DNA from: Squalus acanthias
Taxonomy: Eukaryota
Direction: 5' to 3'
Length of the DNA: 64,000 nucleotides
Assembly: GCA_030390025.1 (NCBI GenBank)
Contig: CM059432.1
Coordinates: 69,628,001-69,692,000, forward strand
Shown here: positions 1 through 13,020 of the stretch, piece after piece
Layout: each line of letters starts with the position of its first letter
Position numbering within the stretch: the stretch's first letter is position 1
Notes under the pieces: generated by a model
The model's database searches: none
The model's input: only the letters and a program-made list of their open reading frames with translations
Told to the model about the DNA's origin: nothing
Translations under genes and position numbers: made by a program

Positions 1-707
1 TCATAAAACCATGCTGACTCTGCTTGACTGTATTATGATTTTCTAAATGTCCTGCTATCACTTCCTTAATGATGGACTCCAGCATTTTCCCAATGACAGA
101 TGTTAGGCTAACTGGTTGATAGTTGACTTCTTTCTGTCTCCCTCCTTTCTTAAATAGGGGTGTTACATTTGCGGTTTTCCAGTCCGCTGGGACCTCTCCA
201 GAATCCAGGAATTTTGGTAGCTTACAACCAATGCATCCACTATCTCTGCAGCCACCTCTTTTAAGACTCTAGGATGCAGGCCATCGCGTCCAGGGGACTT
301 GTCTACCTTTAGTCCCATTAGTTTGCCTAGTACTTTCTCTCTAGTGATAGTGATTGTTTTAAGTTCTTCCCCCCCCCCACCCTGATAGCCCCTTGATTAT
401 CCATTATTGAGATACATTTAGTGTCTTCTACCATGAAGACCGATACAAAATATTTGTTCAAAGTCTCCGCCATTTCCCTGTTTCCCATTATTAATTGCCC
501 AGACTCATCCTCTAGGAGACCAACGTTTACTTTAGCTACTCTCTTCCTTTTTATATACCTGTAGAAGCTCTTACTGTCTGTGTTTATATTTCTTGCTAGC
601 TTACTCTCATAAGCTATCTTCTCTCTCTTTATCATTTTTTTTAGTCGTCCTTTGCTGGTTTTTAAAAATTTCCCAATCCTCTGGCCTTTTACTATTCTTC
701 GCAACAA
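1..707 (-). mobile_element. CR1-clade LINE ORF2 fragment (linker/RT N-terminal region), degraded, runs off the window edge
   Basis: ORF 327..707 (KLARNINTDSKSFYRYIKRKRVAKVNVG..MAETLNKYFVSVF) is homologous to the other CR1 ORF2 copies here. Bases 1-320 read the PLFRKG..QLVSLTSV..QSQHGF region on the minus strand with frameshifts. Confidence 0.9.
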
Positions 708-3700
708 CGTGAGTCAGGGGACATTTGCCATACAGCGCTGACTCCAGGCAGGATCCTGGCTACTAAGATGGAGCATGCCTTTGCCATTCAGCAAAATCCC
801 AGTGGCACTGCAGTGGGACTGATACTGCAGCAGCAGAAGAGACAACTAGGCATTTAAACTGGCAGAATAGTCCTAAAGAGGAGAAGGCAACAATGTTTTT
901 TAGGTTTTGGCCTGAGACCAAGGCAAAATAGAGAGAGAGGAGGTCTTTACTAAACCCTTAACATCCAGCAGAAGATCTTGGGGTCATTCCTGCCACTTCC
1001 CTAAGCCTACCGCCATCTTCCACTAGGCAGTCCTGGGGGGGAAGCGATAAGAAGGGTGGGCGGGAGGGAAATAAGCCGCTGGGCCATGCTTCCCTGGTGG
1101 CATTTACATGAGGCAGACAAGGATGAAGTGGCCAGCAGTTGGCTAGCAAGTTATTAATTAATTAATTGAGATGGGAGACCAGGAAATGTGTTGTTGTTGT
1201 TGCATGTGGGAGCTGGTGGACACCATTGAGGTCCAAGGCGACCACATCTACAGCAAATGTTGGCTGCTTGAGGAACTTCGGCTCAGTGTTGATGAGCTGG
1301 AGTCCGAGCTTCAGACACTGACACACTAGGGAGGGGGAGCGTTACCTGGACGCTAAGTTCCAGGAGGCAGTCACACCCACTAGAGTAATTACTTCCAATT
1401 TGGCCCATGGTCAGGGAAAGGTGGGTGTGACTACAAGCGAGGCAGGTATTGGGATCCAGGAGGTAGTGATGGAGGAGCCTCAGCCCTTGGCCTTGTCAAA
1501 CAGGTACAAGATTCTTGCTCCCTGTGTGGACGAGGGCAAGGACTGCAGGGAGGATGAGCAATCTGACCACAGCACCGTGGTACAGGGAGCCATTCAAGTG
1601 GGGAGAGTAAAAAGAAATGTTGTAGTGATAGGGGACAGTATAGTTAGGGGGATAGATACTGTTCTCTGCAGCCGAGAGCATGAGTCCTGAAGGCTGTGTT
1701 AAGGGTAAAGGACATCTCTGGGCTGAAGAGGAACTTGGAGTGGGAGGGGGAGGATCCAGTTGTCATGGTCCATGTAGGCACCAATGACATAGGTTGGACA
1801 AAGAAAGAGGTTCTGCTGAGAGAGTATAAGCAGCTAGGGGCTAAATTAAAAAGCAGAACCACAAAGGTAATAATCTCTGGATTACTACCTGAGCCACGAG
1901 CGAATTTGCATAGGGTAAATAAGATCAGAGAAATGAACCAGTGGCTCAAAGACTGGTGTGGGAGAAATGGGTTTCGATTTGTGGGGCACTGGCACCATTA
2001 CTGGGATAAAAGGGAGCTGTTCCGTTTGGACAGGCTTCACTTGAACCATGCTGGGACTAGAGTCCTGGCGAATTGAATAACTAGGGCTGCAGAGAGGGCT
2101 TTAAACTAAATAGTGGGGGGGAGGATCCAGGTGAGCGGGCATTTAAAAAGTCAATCAGAAATGAGAAAACAATAGAGCAGGATAGAGATGGGGCAAATAA
2201 TAACCAGAGTGTGACGGGAAGGGACAGAATGTTTAAAAATAAGAATGCAACAGAAAATGTGGCCAAAACAAGGAGAAATGGTAAAAAGACAAAGTTAAAA
2301 GCTCTATATCTGAATGCACGCAGCATTCGTAACAAGATAGATGAGTTAACGGCACAAATAGATACAAATGGGCATGATCTGATCACCATTACAGAGACGT
2401 GGTTGCAAGATGATCAGGGCTGGGAATTGAATATTCCAGAGTATCTGACAATTTGGAAGGACAGACAGAAAGGAAAGGGCGGTGGGGTGGCTTTGTTGGT
2501 AAAGGATGGGATCAGTGCAGTGGTGAGAAGTGATATTGGATCAGAAGATCAAGATATAGAATCGGTTTGGGTGGAGATAAAAAATAATAAAGGGAAAAAG
2601 TCTCTGGTGGGTGTAGTCTACAGGCCCCCGAACAATAGCAATACTGTTGGACAGAGTATAAATCAACAAATAATGGAGGCCTGAAAAAAGGTACGGTAAT
2701 AATCATGGGTGATTTTAATCTCCGTATTGATTGGACAAATCAAATTGGCCATGGTAGTCTTGAGGAGGAGTTCATAGAGTGCATCCAGGATGGTTTCCTA
2801 GAACAGTATGTAATGGAACCAACCAGGGAGCAGGCTATCTTGGATCTGGTACTGTGTAATGAGACAGAATTAATAAATGATCTCATAGTAAAGGATCCTC
2901 TAGGAAAGAGTGATCATAGCATGGTTGGATTTCAAATTCAGTTGGAGGGTGAGAAAGTTGTATCTCAAACCAGTGTCCTGATCTTAAACAAAGGCAATTA
3001 CAATGGCATGAGGGCAGAACTGGCTAAAGTGGACTGGAAAAATAAATTAAAGGGTAAGACAGTTGAAATGCAGTGGCGGACATTTAAGGAGATATTTCAT
3101 AACTCTCAACAAAAATATATTCCAGTGAGAAAGAAAGATTTTAAGAGAAGGGAGCACCATCCGTGGCTAACTAAGGAAGTAAAGGATGGTATCAAATTGA
3201 AAACAAAGGCATACAATGTTGCCAAGATTGGTGGGAGACCAGAGGATTGGGAAAATTTTAAAAACCTGCAAAGGATGACTAAAAAAATAATAGAGAGAGA
3301 AGATGAATGATGAGAGAAAACTGGCAAGAAACATTAAAACAGATAGTAAGAGCTTCCACAGGTATATAAAAAGGAACAGGGTAGCTAAAGTGAACGTTGG
3401 TCCCTTAGAGGATGAGACTGGGGAATTAACAATGGAGAATGGGGAAATGGCAGAGACTCTTGACAAATATTTTGTATCTGTCTTCACGGTAGAAGACACT
3501 AACAACATCCCAAAAATGTATAATCAAAGGGCCACAGGGAGGGGGGAACTAAAGACAATCACTATCACTAGGGAAATAGTACTTGGTAATATAATGGGAC
3601 TAAAAGACGACAAGTCCCCTGGACCAGATGGCCTGCATCCCAGGGTCTTAAAAGAAGTGGCTGCAGAGATAGTGGATGCATTGGTTGCAATATACCAAAA

Positions 3701-4045
3701 TTCCTTGGACTCTGGAGAGGTCCCAGCGGATTGGAAAACCGCAAATGTAACACCCCTATTTAAGAAAGGAGGGAGACAGAAAGCAGGAAACTATAGACCA
3801 GTTAGCCTAACATCTGTTGTTGGGAAATTGCTGGAGTCCTTCATTAAGGAAGCAGTAGCAGGGCATTTGGAAAATCATAATGCAGTCAAGCAGAGTCAGC
3901 ATGGTTTTATGAAAGGGAAATCATGTTTAACAAATTTGCTGGAGTTCTTTGAGGATGTAACGAGCAGGGTGGACAAAGGTGAACCAGTAGATGTGGTGTA
4001 TTTGGATTTCCAGAAGGCATTTGATAAGGTGCCACATAAAAGGTT
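708..4045 (+). mobile_element. Near full-length CR1 LINE, 5' part (putative 5' UTR, ORF1, APE endonuclease, RT N-half); split by a nested LINE
   Basis: ORF2 motifs YLNARSI, ITETWL, VYRPP, GDFN, SDH, PGPDG, NYRPVSLTS, QHGF and YLDFQKAFDKVPH lie across frameshifted ORFs 2211-4181. The sequence resumes at about 7025 (aaaaggtt|actgcacaag). The 5' boundary is approximate. Confidence 0.92.
1172..2106 (+). pseudogene. CR1 ORF1: Cys-rich/leucine-zipper N-terminus plus SGNH esterase-like domain, frameshifted
   Basis: ATG at 1172 gives MGDQEMCCCCCMWEL..SKCWLLEELRLSVDELESELQTL. Downstream are the esterase motifs VIGDSIVRG, HVGTND and DRLHL. Confidence 0.85.
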
Positions 4046-7024
4046 TTTTTACATAGATTACATAGAAGATAGGAGCAGGAGTAGGCCATCCGGCCCTACG
4101 AGCCTGCTCCGCCATTTAATGAGATCATGGCTGATCCTCCAATTCAGTATCCCGTCCCCGCCTTCTCTCCGTAACCCTTAACCCCTTTTGCCTGTAGAAA
4201 TATATCTAATTCCCTCTTAAATATATTTAATGAGCTGGCGTACACTGCCCTCTGTGGCAATGAGTTCCACAGGTTCACCACCCTCTGAGTGAAGAAATTC
4301 CCCCTCATTTCTGTCCTAAATGGTTTAGCCCTTATCCTTAAATTATGTCCTCTAGTTCTGTTCTCACCCGCCAAGGGAAACATTCCTTCTGCATCTAGTC
4401 TGTCTAGACCTGTCAGAATTTTATACACTTCTATGAGGTCCCCTCTCAATCTTCTAAACTCCAGTGTGTACATCCCTAAACTACATAGTCTCTCCTCATA
4501 GGTCAATCCCGCCATTCCTGGTATCAGCCTGGTGAATCGCCGCTGCACCCCCTCCATGGCAAGAACATCTTTCCTCAGATGAGGTGACCAAAACTGTACA
4601 CAGTACTCGAGGTGTGGTCTCACCAGTGCCCTGTACAGCTGCAGCAAGGTATCCCTGTTCCTGTATTCCAACCCTTTTGCTATGAAGGCCAGCATACCGT
4701 TTGCCTTCTTGACCGCCTGTTGCACCTGCATGCTCGCCTTCAGTGACTGGTGTACAAGAACACCCAGGTCTCTCTGTACTTCCCCCTCTCCCAATTTATT
4801 GCCATTTAAATAATAATTTGCCCTCCCGTTCCTGCACCCAAGGTGGATAACTTCGCACTTGTCCACATTATAGTGCATCTGCCATTTATCCGCCCAATCA
4901 CCCAGTCTGTCCAAATCGCTCTGGAGCTTCCTGGTCTCCTCCTCTGAGCCCACCCCCCCTCCTAGTTTAGTGTCGTCTGCAAATTTCCTCTTGATATACT
5001 TATAAAAGCTTTTGGAGTTAGTTTTTATATTTTCCGCCAGCTTGCTTTCGTAAGCTATTTTGCCCCTCTTGATTAAGCCCTTTGTCCTCCTTTGCTGTAT
5101 CTTAAACTGTTCCCAATCTTCCGCTCTGGCGCTTTTTTTGGCTATTTTATACGCCCTATCTTTGGATTTTATGCTGTCTCTAATTTCCCCTGTTATCCAC
5201 GGTTGAGTCACCTTTTTAGATTTCCTTTTATGCCAGATTGGTATAAACAATTTTTGCAATTTTGTCATTCTATCTTTAAATGCTTGCCATTGTTTATCTA
5301 CCTCCAGTCCTCCCAGGAACGTTGTCCAATCAGACCTACTCAGTTCCCGTCTAATGGCATCATAATTCCCCTTGTTTAAATTCAGGACCTTAGTCTCTGA
5401 GTCAATTTCTTCGCTCTCCATTTCGAGTGAGAAATCGATCATGTTATGATCGCTCTGACCCAAGGGTCCCCGTACAACAAGATTACTAATTAGTCCCTTC
5501 TCCTTGCACAGTACCCAGTCCAATATAGCCTGTTCCCGAGTTGGTTCCTCGACATATTGATCCAGATAACCATCCCTTAAACACTCAAGGAATTCCTCCT
5601 CCTCATTATTTTTACTGATTAGGCTAGTCCAATCTATATGTAAGTTAAAGTCACCTATGATGACAGCTGTGCTCTTATTGCACGCTTCTCTAATTTCCCT
5701 CGTGATGCCCTCCCCAACCTCTATTTTACTATTTGGAGGCCTATATACCACTCCTATTAATGTTTTTCGCCCCTCGCTATTTCTTAGCTCCACCCATATA
5801 GATTCTGTATTAACTGAGTTAATATCCTTCCTTTCAATTGCATTTATCCCTCTTTTACCAGCAATGCTACCCCTCCTCCCTTTCTTTTTTGTCGATCCTT
5901 CCTAAATACTGAATACCCCTGTATGTTAAGCTCCCAGCCCTGCTCACCCTGCAACCATGTTTCCGTAATCCCAATTAGATCATAATTATTAACCTCTATT
6001 TCCACAGCTAATTCATCTACCTTGTTCCTGATGCTTCTCGCATTAAGGTATAAAACCCTCAGGCTTTTTTTATGCTCACATTTTTTATGAATTAGTTTGG
6101 CCCTTTGTTTTTTGTTCCTCACCCTTTTACCATTTATTTCTGTCTGCCTTTCACTTTCCTCTATTTCACTGCATAGGTTTCTAGCCCCCTGCCATACTAG
6201 TTTAAATGCTCCCGAACTGCTTTATCAAAAATTACCCCGAGAACATCAGTTCCATCTTTGCACAGGTGTAGACCGTCCCTTTTGTATAGGTCACACCTAC
6301 CACAAAACTGGTTCCAATGCCTCAAAAATTTAAAACCCTCCCTCTTACACCACTGCTCAAGCCACGTATTTAGCCTAACTATCCTGTTCTCTGTACTCTT
6401 ACTAGCACGTGGCACTGGTAGTAATCCAGAGATTACTACCTTCGAGGTCCTACTTTTTAGCTTGGCTCCTAACTCCCTAAATTCTACTTGCAGGACCTCT
6501 TCCCTTTTTTTAGCTACGTCGTTGGTACCAACATGTATCACGACAACTGGCTGTTCCCCCTCCCCCTCCAGAATGTTCTGCACCCGCGCCGAGACATCCT
6601 TGACCCTTGCACCAGGGAGGCAACATACCATCCTGGAGTCTCGGTCGCGACCACAGAAACCCCTATCTATTCCCCTTACAATCGAATCCCCTATTACTAT
6701 AGCCCTGCCACTCTTTTTCCCTCCCTTCTTTGCAACAGAGCCAGTCATGGTGCCATGAGCCTGGCTGCTGGTGCCTTCCCCCGATGAGTCATCCCCCCGA
6801 CAACAGCACCTAAGGCGGTGAACCTGTTGCTAAGGGAGACAACCCCAGGGGATTTCTGCACTACCTTCCTGCCCTTGCTCTGCTTTTTGGTCACCCATGT
6901 ACTATCTACGCTGGCCTTAACCTGCGGTGTGACCAACTCACTAAATGTGCTATCCACAACCCTCTCAGAATCGTGGATGCTCCAAAGTGAGTCCATCCGC
7001 AGCTCAAATTTGCAGACTTTTCTT
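4046..7024 (-). mobile_element. Nested CR1 LINE (ORF1 esterase, endonuclease, RT C-terminus, 3' tail) with a large internal RT deletion
   Basis: ORF 6197..6748 has GDS/HVGTND/DGLH and ORF 5844..6122 has YLNARSI/ITETWL. ORF 4144..5793 joins FYKYIKRK directly to FADDTKLGG. A CR1 3' UTR and short-repeat tail lie at about 4046-4140. Confidence 0.92.
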
Positions 7025-8171
7025 GTTACTGCACAAGATAAGAGCTCAGGGAATTGGGGGTAATATATTAGCATGGATAGAGAATTGGCTAACTAACAGA
7101 AAGCAGAGAGTCGGGATAAATGGGTAATTTTCCGGTTGGCAAACGGTAACTAGTGGGGTGCAACAGGGATCGGTGCTGGGGCCGCAACTATTTACAATCT
7201 ACATTAATAACTTGGATGAAGGGACCGAGTGTTATGTAGCCAAGTTTGCGGATGATACAAAGATGGGTGGGAAAGCAAGTTGTGCAGAGGACTCAGAATC
7301 TGCAAAGGGATATAGACTGGCTAAGTGAGTGGGCAAACATTTGGCAGATGGAGTATAATGTGAGAAAGTGCGAGGTTATACACTTTGGCAGGAAAAATAA
7401 AAAAGCAAATTATTATTTAAATAGAGAGAGATTACAAAATGCTACAGTTCAGAGGGACCTGGGGGTCCTTGTGCATGAAACACAAAAAGTTAGCATGCAG
7501 GTACAGCAAGTAATCAAAAAGGCAAATGGAATGTTGGCCTTTATTTTAAGGTGATTGGAGTATAAAAACAGGGAAGTCCTGCTACAGCTGTACAGGGGAT
7601 TGGTGAGACCACACCTTGAGTACTGCGTACAGTTTTGGTCTCCTTATTTAAGGAAGGATATACTTGCATTGGAGGCAGTTCAGAGATGATTCACTAGGTT
7701 AATTCCAGAGATGAGGGGTTGACTTATGAGGAAAGGTTGAGCAGGCTGGGCCTATACTCTTTGGAATTTAGAAGAATGAGAGGTGATCTTATTGAAACAT
7801 ATAAGATACTGAGGGGGCTCGTCAAGGTAGATGCAGAGAGGATGTTTCCCCTCGTGGGGAAATCTAGAACTCGGGGGCACAGTTTTAGAATAAAGGGTCG
7901 CCCTTTTAGAACACAGATGAGGAGGAATTTCTTCTCTCAGAGGGTCGTAAATCTGTGGAATTCTCTGCCCCAGAGAGCTGTGGAGGCTGGGTCATTAAAT
8001 ACATTTAAGGTGGAGATAGACAGATTTTTGCAAGATAAGGGAGTGAAGGGTTATGGGGAGCGGGCAGGGAAGTGGCTTTGAGCCCAAGATCAGCCATGAT
8101 CTTATTGAATGGCGGAGCAGGCTCGAGGGGCCAAGTGGCCTATTCCTGCTCCTATTTCTTATGTTCTTATG
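7025..8171 (+). mobile_element. 3' part of the CR1 LINE begun at 708 (RT C-half, 3' UTR, ttatgttc tail)
   Basis: Contains GV(Q)QGSVLGP, FADDTK, RPHLEYC and FFSQRVVNLWNSLP with stops and frameshifts. It ends cctatttcttatgttcttatg. Confidence 0.92.
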
Positions 8172-8653
8172 TAAGTGTAAAGGGTAACAAATCCAAGTCT
8201 TGGCAGGAAAGCATAGGTAGGCCTCACTGGCCCATTTTCCAGCTATTTTTACCACGGGATAGCAGAGGAAAATCTAACCCATTCATTCAAACTAGTGTTG
8301 GATATTGTTCAGTAATAGAATAGATGTCTTTATTTTGTTTGATAACCAGTATAGCACTGCAGAAAGAAATTTGATAAAGTTCTGGGAAAATTGGTGTTCT
8401 CTGATAGAATCCCACAAGTTACTTCATTCTCATCCTAAAGTACCCACCATCTTTATAAATTATATAATTCCTATACATAAACCATCCCCAGAATATTAGA
8501 GATTAATAATAACTAGTAATCAAGCCTACTTATTAATGTATGATGAACTATAACTAAATTAGAAACATCAGAACCAATTTTGATGTCCATTTTGCCTAAT
8601 CTGTGCCTGTTTTTATTTCTGCCTGATTCCTGCCCATTTTATATCTTGCAAAA

Positions 8654-8748
8654 ACAACAGAAAACGCTGGAAAAACTCAGCAGGCCAGGCAGCATCCGTG
8701 GAGAGAGAAAGAGAGTTAACGTTTCAGGTCGATGACCTTTCATCAGAA
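8654..8748 (-). mobile_element. Short Penelope-like terminal fragment with hammerhead core (family ACGT)
   Basis: A 13-bp TSD atatcttgcaaaa flanks it (8641-8653, 8749-8761), and it is absent from duplicate copy 2. The minus strand reads CTGATGA-A-AGGTC-atc-GACCT-GAAA-CGTT-AACT. Confidence 0.8.
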
Positions 8749-9003
8749 ATATCTTGCAAAATTTTGCAATGAGTCTGAGACAGGTGGTAGAAGCAGTTGA
8801 ACTCAAATACCATGAGATGATGGCCTCCTCAATGCCAAGAGTCTTATTGTCATAGTTTGCAGCCAGTCACCTCACCTTTAGGTAGCATCTAGAAGGATCC
8901 ACTAGAGTACGACTCAGGACGTCATGCAGTGGCACTAAGGGGAAGCATAGTGACAGGAAACATAATGGGCTGTAATGACAGGAGGGGGGTTAAAATAAAC
9001 ATT

Positions 9004-9762
9004 GGCCCGTATTTTCCGATCGGAGGCTTCCTGCGTGTGGAGGCCTCCGATCTGGAAAAAATCTACGCCCTTACCTGAGGGCTCCGGAGGTCCGGACATT
9101 TCCGCTCCTGGGTCTCTCCACTACGAAATGCGCAGGGCCCAGGTATCCCAGGGGCGCATACAGTTCGCAAGCATCCCTGGGATTACGTGGGCCATGGGGA
9201 ACCAATGAAAGAAGGGAATCCCCCTTCATACTTTTGACCGGTCTCTCGGCTGAGACCCGTCAAAAGTATGAATGGGGATCACTCCAAAAACACATCAAAA
9301 CATTAAATAATTTTTTTTTTAAATCACGTTTTTAAAATTAGTTAAAATCACATTAAATATTTTGAACAAAAATTTAATTTTTTGGAAAAAAAATTTACGG
9401 GGCTAAAAATAAATTTACCTTTTTTAAAAGTATTTGTAAATTATAAATGAGTGGGAAAAAAAAATTTTTTTAAACTTTTTTTTAAACTCTTATGCTGGTA
9501 AAAGCAGGCCTTACGCCTGCTTTTACCAGGCGTCAGATTTTTAAAGGATTTCAGAGGGCGGAGGTTCCGCAAAAAGTGGAACTCTCCACCCGCAGAGGCC
9601 CTTCTCCAGGGCAGGCGTCCGATCTGTCAAGAGGATTCATGACAGATCGGAAGTGCCGGTTTTCAGCGCATGCTCTTCGCGTGCCTGAAATAGGCACTTG
9701 TGAGGTCCTTACGGGTGTGTACACAGCTTGTACACACCCGTAGGGATTGGAAATTACGGGCC
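9004..9762. mobile_element. Non-autonomous Harbinger-type MITE (GGCCCGTA termini)
   Basis: TIRs are ggcccgtattttcc / ggaaattacgggcc with a 3-bp TSD ATT. The empty site is visible in duplicate copy 2 (aaacattatgttg, about 17770). A second copy lies at 38204-38924. Confidence 0.9.
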
Positions 9763-9999
9763 ATTATGTTGCATATGAAGTTGCTGTGGTTGATATGAAT
9801 GTCCCTTTCTAGTGTTTGAACTCTTTTGGATGTAATAGCATGAGACTGAGCTGTCTGATTTGTGGAGTGAGCAACATAGTGTTCTGAAATGAAAACAGAA
9901 AATGCTGGAAACACTCAGCAGATCAGGCAGCATCTGTTCTGTTTGGACACAGCTGAAAGGAAGTCGGTATATGCTCGTAGCATATGGCTCAGCAATGGG

Positions 10000-10700
10000 A
10001 GAATGCTAGTTGCTGGCGAAGGCTTCCCTATTAATCTGGTTATGTACAGCTCTTGCAGCCTTCAAGAAAAGGCAGTTGGCCTCCCTTTCCTGCTGATGCT
10101 AGTCTGAGTGTGGCTCCTGTGGACCTGGTTCGCCTTCCTCCGATGCATTCCCTACAGCCAGGACTCTTTGTAGGGCAAAAAGTTGCAGTATCAGGGACAT
10201 GAACGGCCAAATGCCTGCCATCTATCACACCCTGCATCGTGGGAAGGCCAACCCATTAGTAGAACTGAATAGCTCTCTCATGCTGCTGCTAATGGGACAT
10301 ATCAGAATTTCTGAATTGGCTTGCCTTTGCAAATGAGGCATCAGTAACCTGTTGGTTGGATGGATGCATGCACTGTGGATTGGCTGATGTTCGTAATGTC
10401 CCATGTTTCAGTCCGAAATGATCCTGTGGCTAAGAAATTCAGGGTTGTGATGATGTTGACGATCACGCAGTGCGGTCTAAACATTGGCGGTGAGCTGGAA
10501 GTCTGGTTCCAGGAGGTGGCACAGCTGATCCAGGACTTCCCAGCTGAAGTGTAGCCTCCTCAAACAAAGCTCCTGGCTCATTTGCAGATAGGAGTACCAA
10601 GGTATTTGCACTTTGGTGGGTACTGATGGGAGGGTCTCATCCTCCTCCTATGTTGTCGAATTAGTCTGGCTTCCCTGCGTTCTCCCTTATCTTCTTCTGA
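10000..10700 (-). pseudogene. Degraded HARBI1-like Harbinger transposase remnant (duplicate copy 1, internally deleted)
   Basis: Minus-strand MQGVIDGRHLA motif. It is homologous to 18010-19090 but lacks about 390 bp of that copy. Confidence 0.75.
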
Positions 10701-10951
10701 GAAACAGGGAAATTCTCATAGGAAACCTGTGCTACCATGACAGTGGATTAGAGTCAAAAAATTTGAAGGCCTATAGCGCTTTCGGTAAAGGAGGAAGATG
10801 AAAGCATAAGTCAAAAGCAAAAAACTAAATAAATCAGTTGAAGGAAATACAAGGATTTATCAAGCAAATGTACTTTTGCTTGTTTGGTCCCTGTAAACAC
10901 TACTTTCTCCTTGACAAGCTGATCCTGGCAAGCAAACATGCCTGCTTTATA

Positions 10952-11388
10952 AAATTGAGAAGTCGCACAACACCAGGTTATAGTCCAACAGATTTATTTA
11001 ATTTTACAAGCTTTCGGAGCAGTTCGCTCCTTCGTCAGGTAAGTTAGCAGTGAGAGAATCTCCCAGAATTCACAATTTAAACACAGACAAAATCTATTCA
11101 CATCTGTCCCTACATCAAAGAGCACAGCCAAGACAATGAGATGTGTCCCAGGGGGTCCAACGTGTCAAACCACCTGCTGGCTGCATATCCTGTCAATTTG
11201 TGTAGGTTCTTGTGTTAGTCTTTTTAAAAAAAAAAACACCTGGGAAGACCGGCCATGATGTCAAGTCACGTTCTGTATCGTGACATGAACCCGATATCGC
11301 GATTGAGGCCATCCTCATGAGTGCGGAACTTGGCTATCAGTTTCTGCTCTATGATTTTGCGCTGTCGTGTATCTCGAAGGCCGCCTTG
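10952..11388 (-). mobile_element. 5'-truncated Penelope-like retroelement: GIY-YIG endonuclease C-terminus plus 3' terminal repeat with hammerhead
   Basis: The minus strand from 11388 translates QGGLRDTRQRKIIEQKLIAKFRTHEDGLNRDIGFMSRYRT*, the E..I..F.T....GLN pattern of PLE GIY-YIG ends. It is absent from duplicate copy 2. The terminal ~120 bp matches 45333-45455. Confidence 0.85.
11004..11042 (-). ncRNA. Minimal type I hammerhead ribozyme motif (PLE-type)
   Basis: Minus strand reads TTAC-CTGACGA-A-GGAGC-gaact-GCTCC-GAAA-GC-TT-GTAA. This gives the CUGANGA and GAAA core, stems I and II, and a palindromic AGCU in place of stem III. Confidence 0.75.
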
Positions 11389-12051
11389 TGGGATTGCAGC
11401 AGAAGGGCCAAAATTAAGCTAGGACGTGGCACATCTGCGTCCCGGCCTTCCTTGCCAGTTTCCACAGAGCCTCCTCCATTCTAAACATGGTTACCTGTGT
11501 GTGAGGGGTCATGGCCGTGGAAGGGACTTTTGTCCTTGAAATAATTCATACCAGGCTCCTGGTCACTGCAAATGTGACACACCTAGCGGTCTAGGCCTGT
11601 GTCCTGGCCTGGAAAAATTAAAGATTTAAAAAAATTCTTGTTTTTTCCAGCTCATTTAGGGAGCCAATGGGGCAGAATCTATGTAGAAGCCTGTGCCAGG
11701 ATTCTCACCACCCTTATCCCCTTTCACCAACTGGCAGGTGCCTGAGATGTACCGCAGTAGCACAGGTGCCTGGCATTGATATTTTAATGAAGGAACCTCT
11801 TCCTGACCCAAGAAAGTGCAGCGGGATCAGGAGCGAAGTTTCCTGATGGCCATTCGCAGCACTTACTGACCAAAGGCCCACAGGTTTTTGGGGCCTTGAT
11901 GTATAACCACACACATATGTCGACAAAAAGCTGATCATCAGGTTAATTAGCCTTCATACAGAATGAAAAGGACGTTTTAATTATTATTAGCTATATACAT
12001 GAATAATTGTTTCAAGTAACTAATTAACGTTGAATCTCATGTCTAATGCAG

Positions 12052-12141
12052 TGAAGAAGAAGAATCTTCAGAAAAGTATAAGCTTGCTGAGCCTTTCAGA
12101 ACACATTCAGGAAACACCAAAAATAAGGAAATCTGTCAGTA
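12052..12141 (+). CDS. Candidate 90-nt phase-1/phase-1 host-gene exon, copy 1 (xKKKNLQKSISLLSLSEHIQETPKIRKSVS)
   Basis: Acceptor ctaatgcag| and donor |gtaagt. The length is a multiple of 3, only the phase-1 frame is open in both duplicate copies, and that phase matches the exon at 42686. Confidence 0.55.
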
Positions 12142-13020
12142 GTAAGTATTACATAAAACCGAAAATGGTGGAAATGCTCAGTACACAGTAGATTTACACA
12201 GAGTAATACAAAATGAAAGTTCTCTTCACTATTGACGTGTAGAGTGAGAAATTCGAACCTCAGCCACACCGGGCGCAAACTTGTAAAAGCAACTGTTCTG
12301 TATGCTGGCCTTGAGGCCCGAGTCAAATTTGGCATTGGTCCTCCTTTTAATGGAACCAGTGAGCTTTGGGTGTCAAACGTTCGTTTTGATAAAAGTCTTG
12401 ATAAATTCGGTCTGACTCCAACACCAAGCCAGCACGCATGGTAGGTCCTGGGATCAGGGAAGGTGAAGCCAAGTGGGTGAGCCTGGGCCAGCTACGTCCC
12501 ATGGTTTTTGTTTTAGGATTGCTCCTTCTGGCTCCACAAAAATATGGGGGAGAAATTCTGTACCTTAGTACATCGAGTTAGCGTCTGGCGGGGGCGCTAA
12601 CGGGGCAGTACTGCCGCGACGAGGCGAATCCAGCGATGCATGCCAAATGCGCACCACTGTAGTGCCGGGGACTTCAGTGCCAGACAGACCATGACGTCAG
12701 TGAGCGTGCAACGCTCACTGGGCGCCTGATCAGCAAAATTGATTATCGCCCCTGCCTTAGCGCCTCGCCCCGACAGTGACAAGGAGAGGAGGCGTGAAGC
12801 AGTCGGTAGACAGCTTCAGGGGTGCTACTTAAAAGGATCATGAGTAATGAGTTGCAGCTCTCAGGTTAGTGCTGGTTCACTGCTTCCTTGTTAGTTTGAC
12901 ATTGTGCAACAGTTGAAATCAGTCATTTAAAGGTTGTTTAGTCTCCGGAGTGTTGTGGCTACTAAAAATTAATTACATTTATTATCACAACATATCAAAG
13001 TGTTACACATCGTTGCATTA

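Larger units (their letters stand above)
8586..12236 (+). repeat. Local segmental duplication, copy 1
   Basis: Colinear with 17455-21131 from tccattttgcctaatc to ctcttcactattgac, apart from copy-specific insertions and deletions. Confidence 0.95.
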
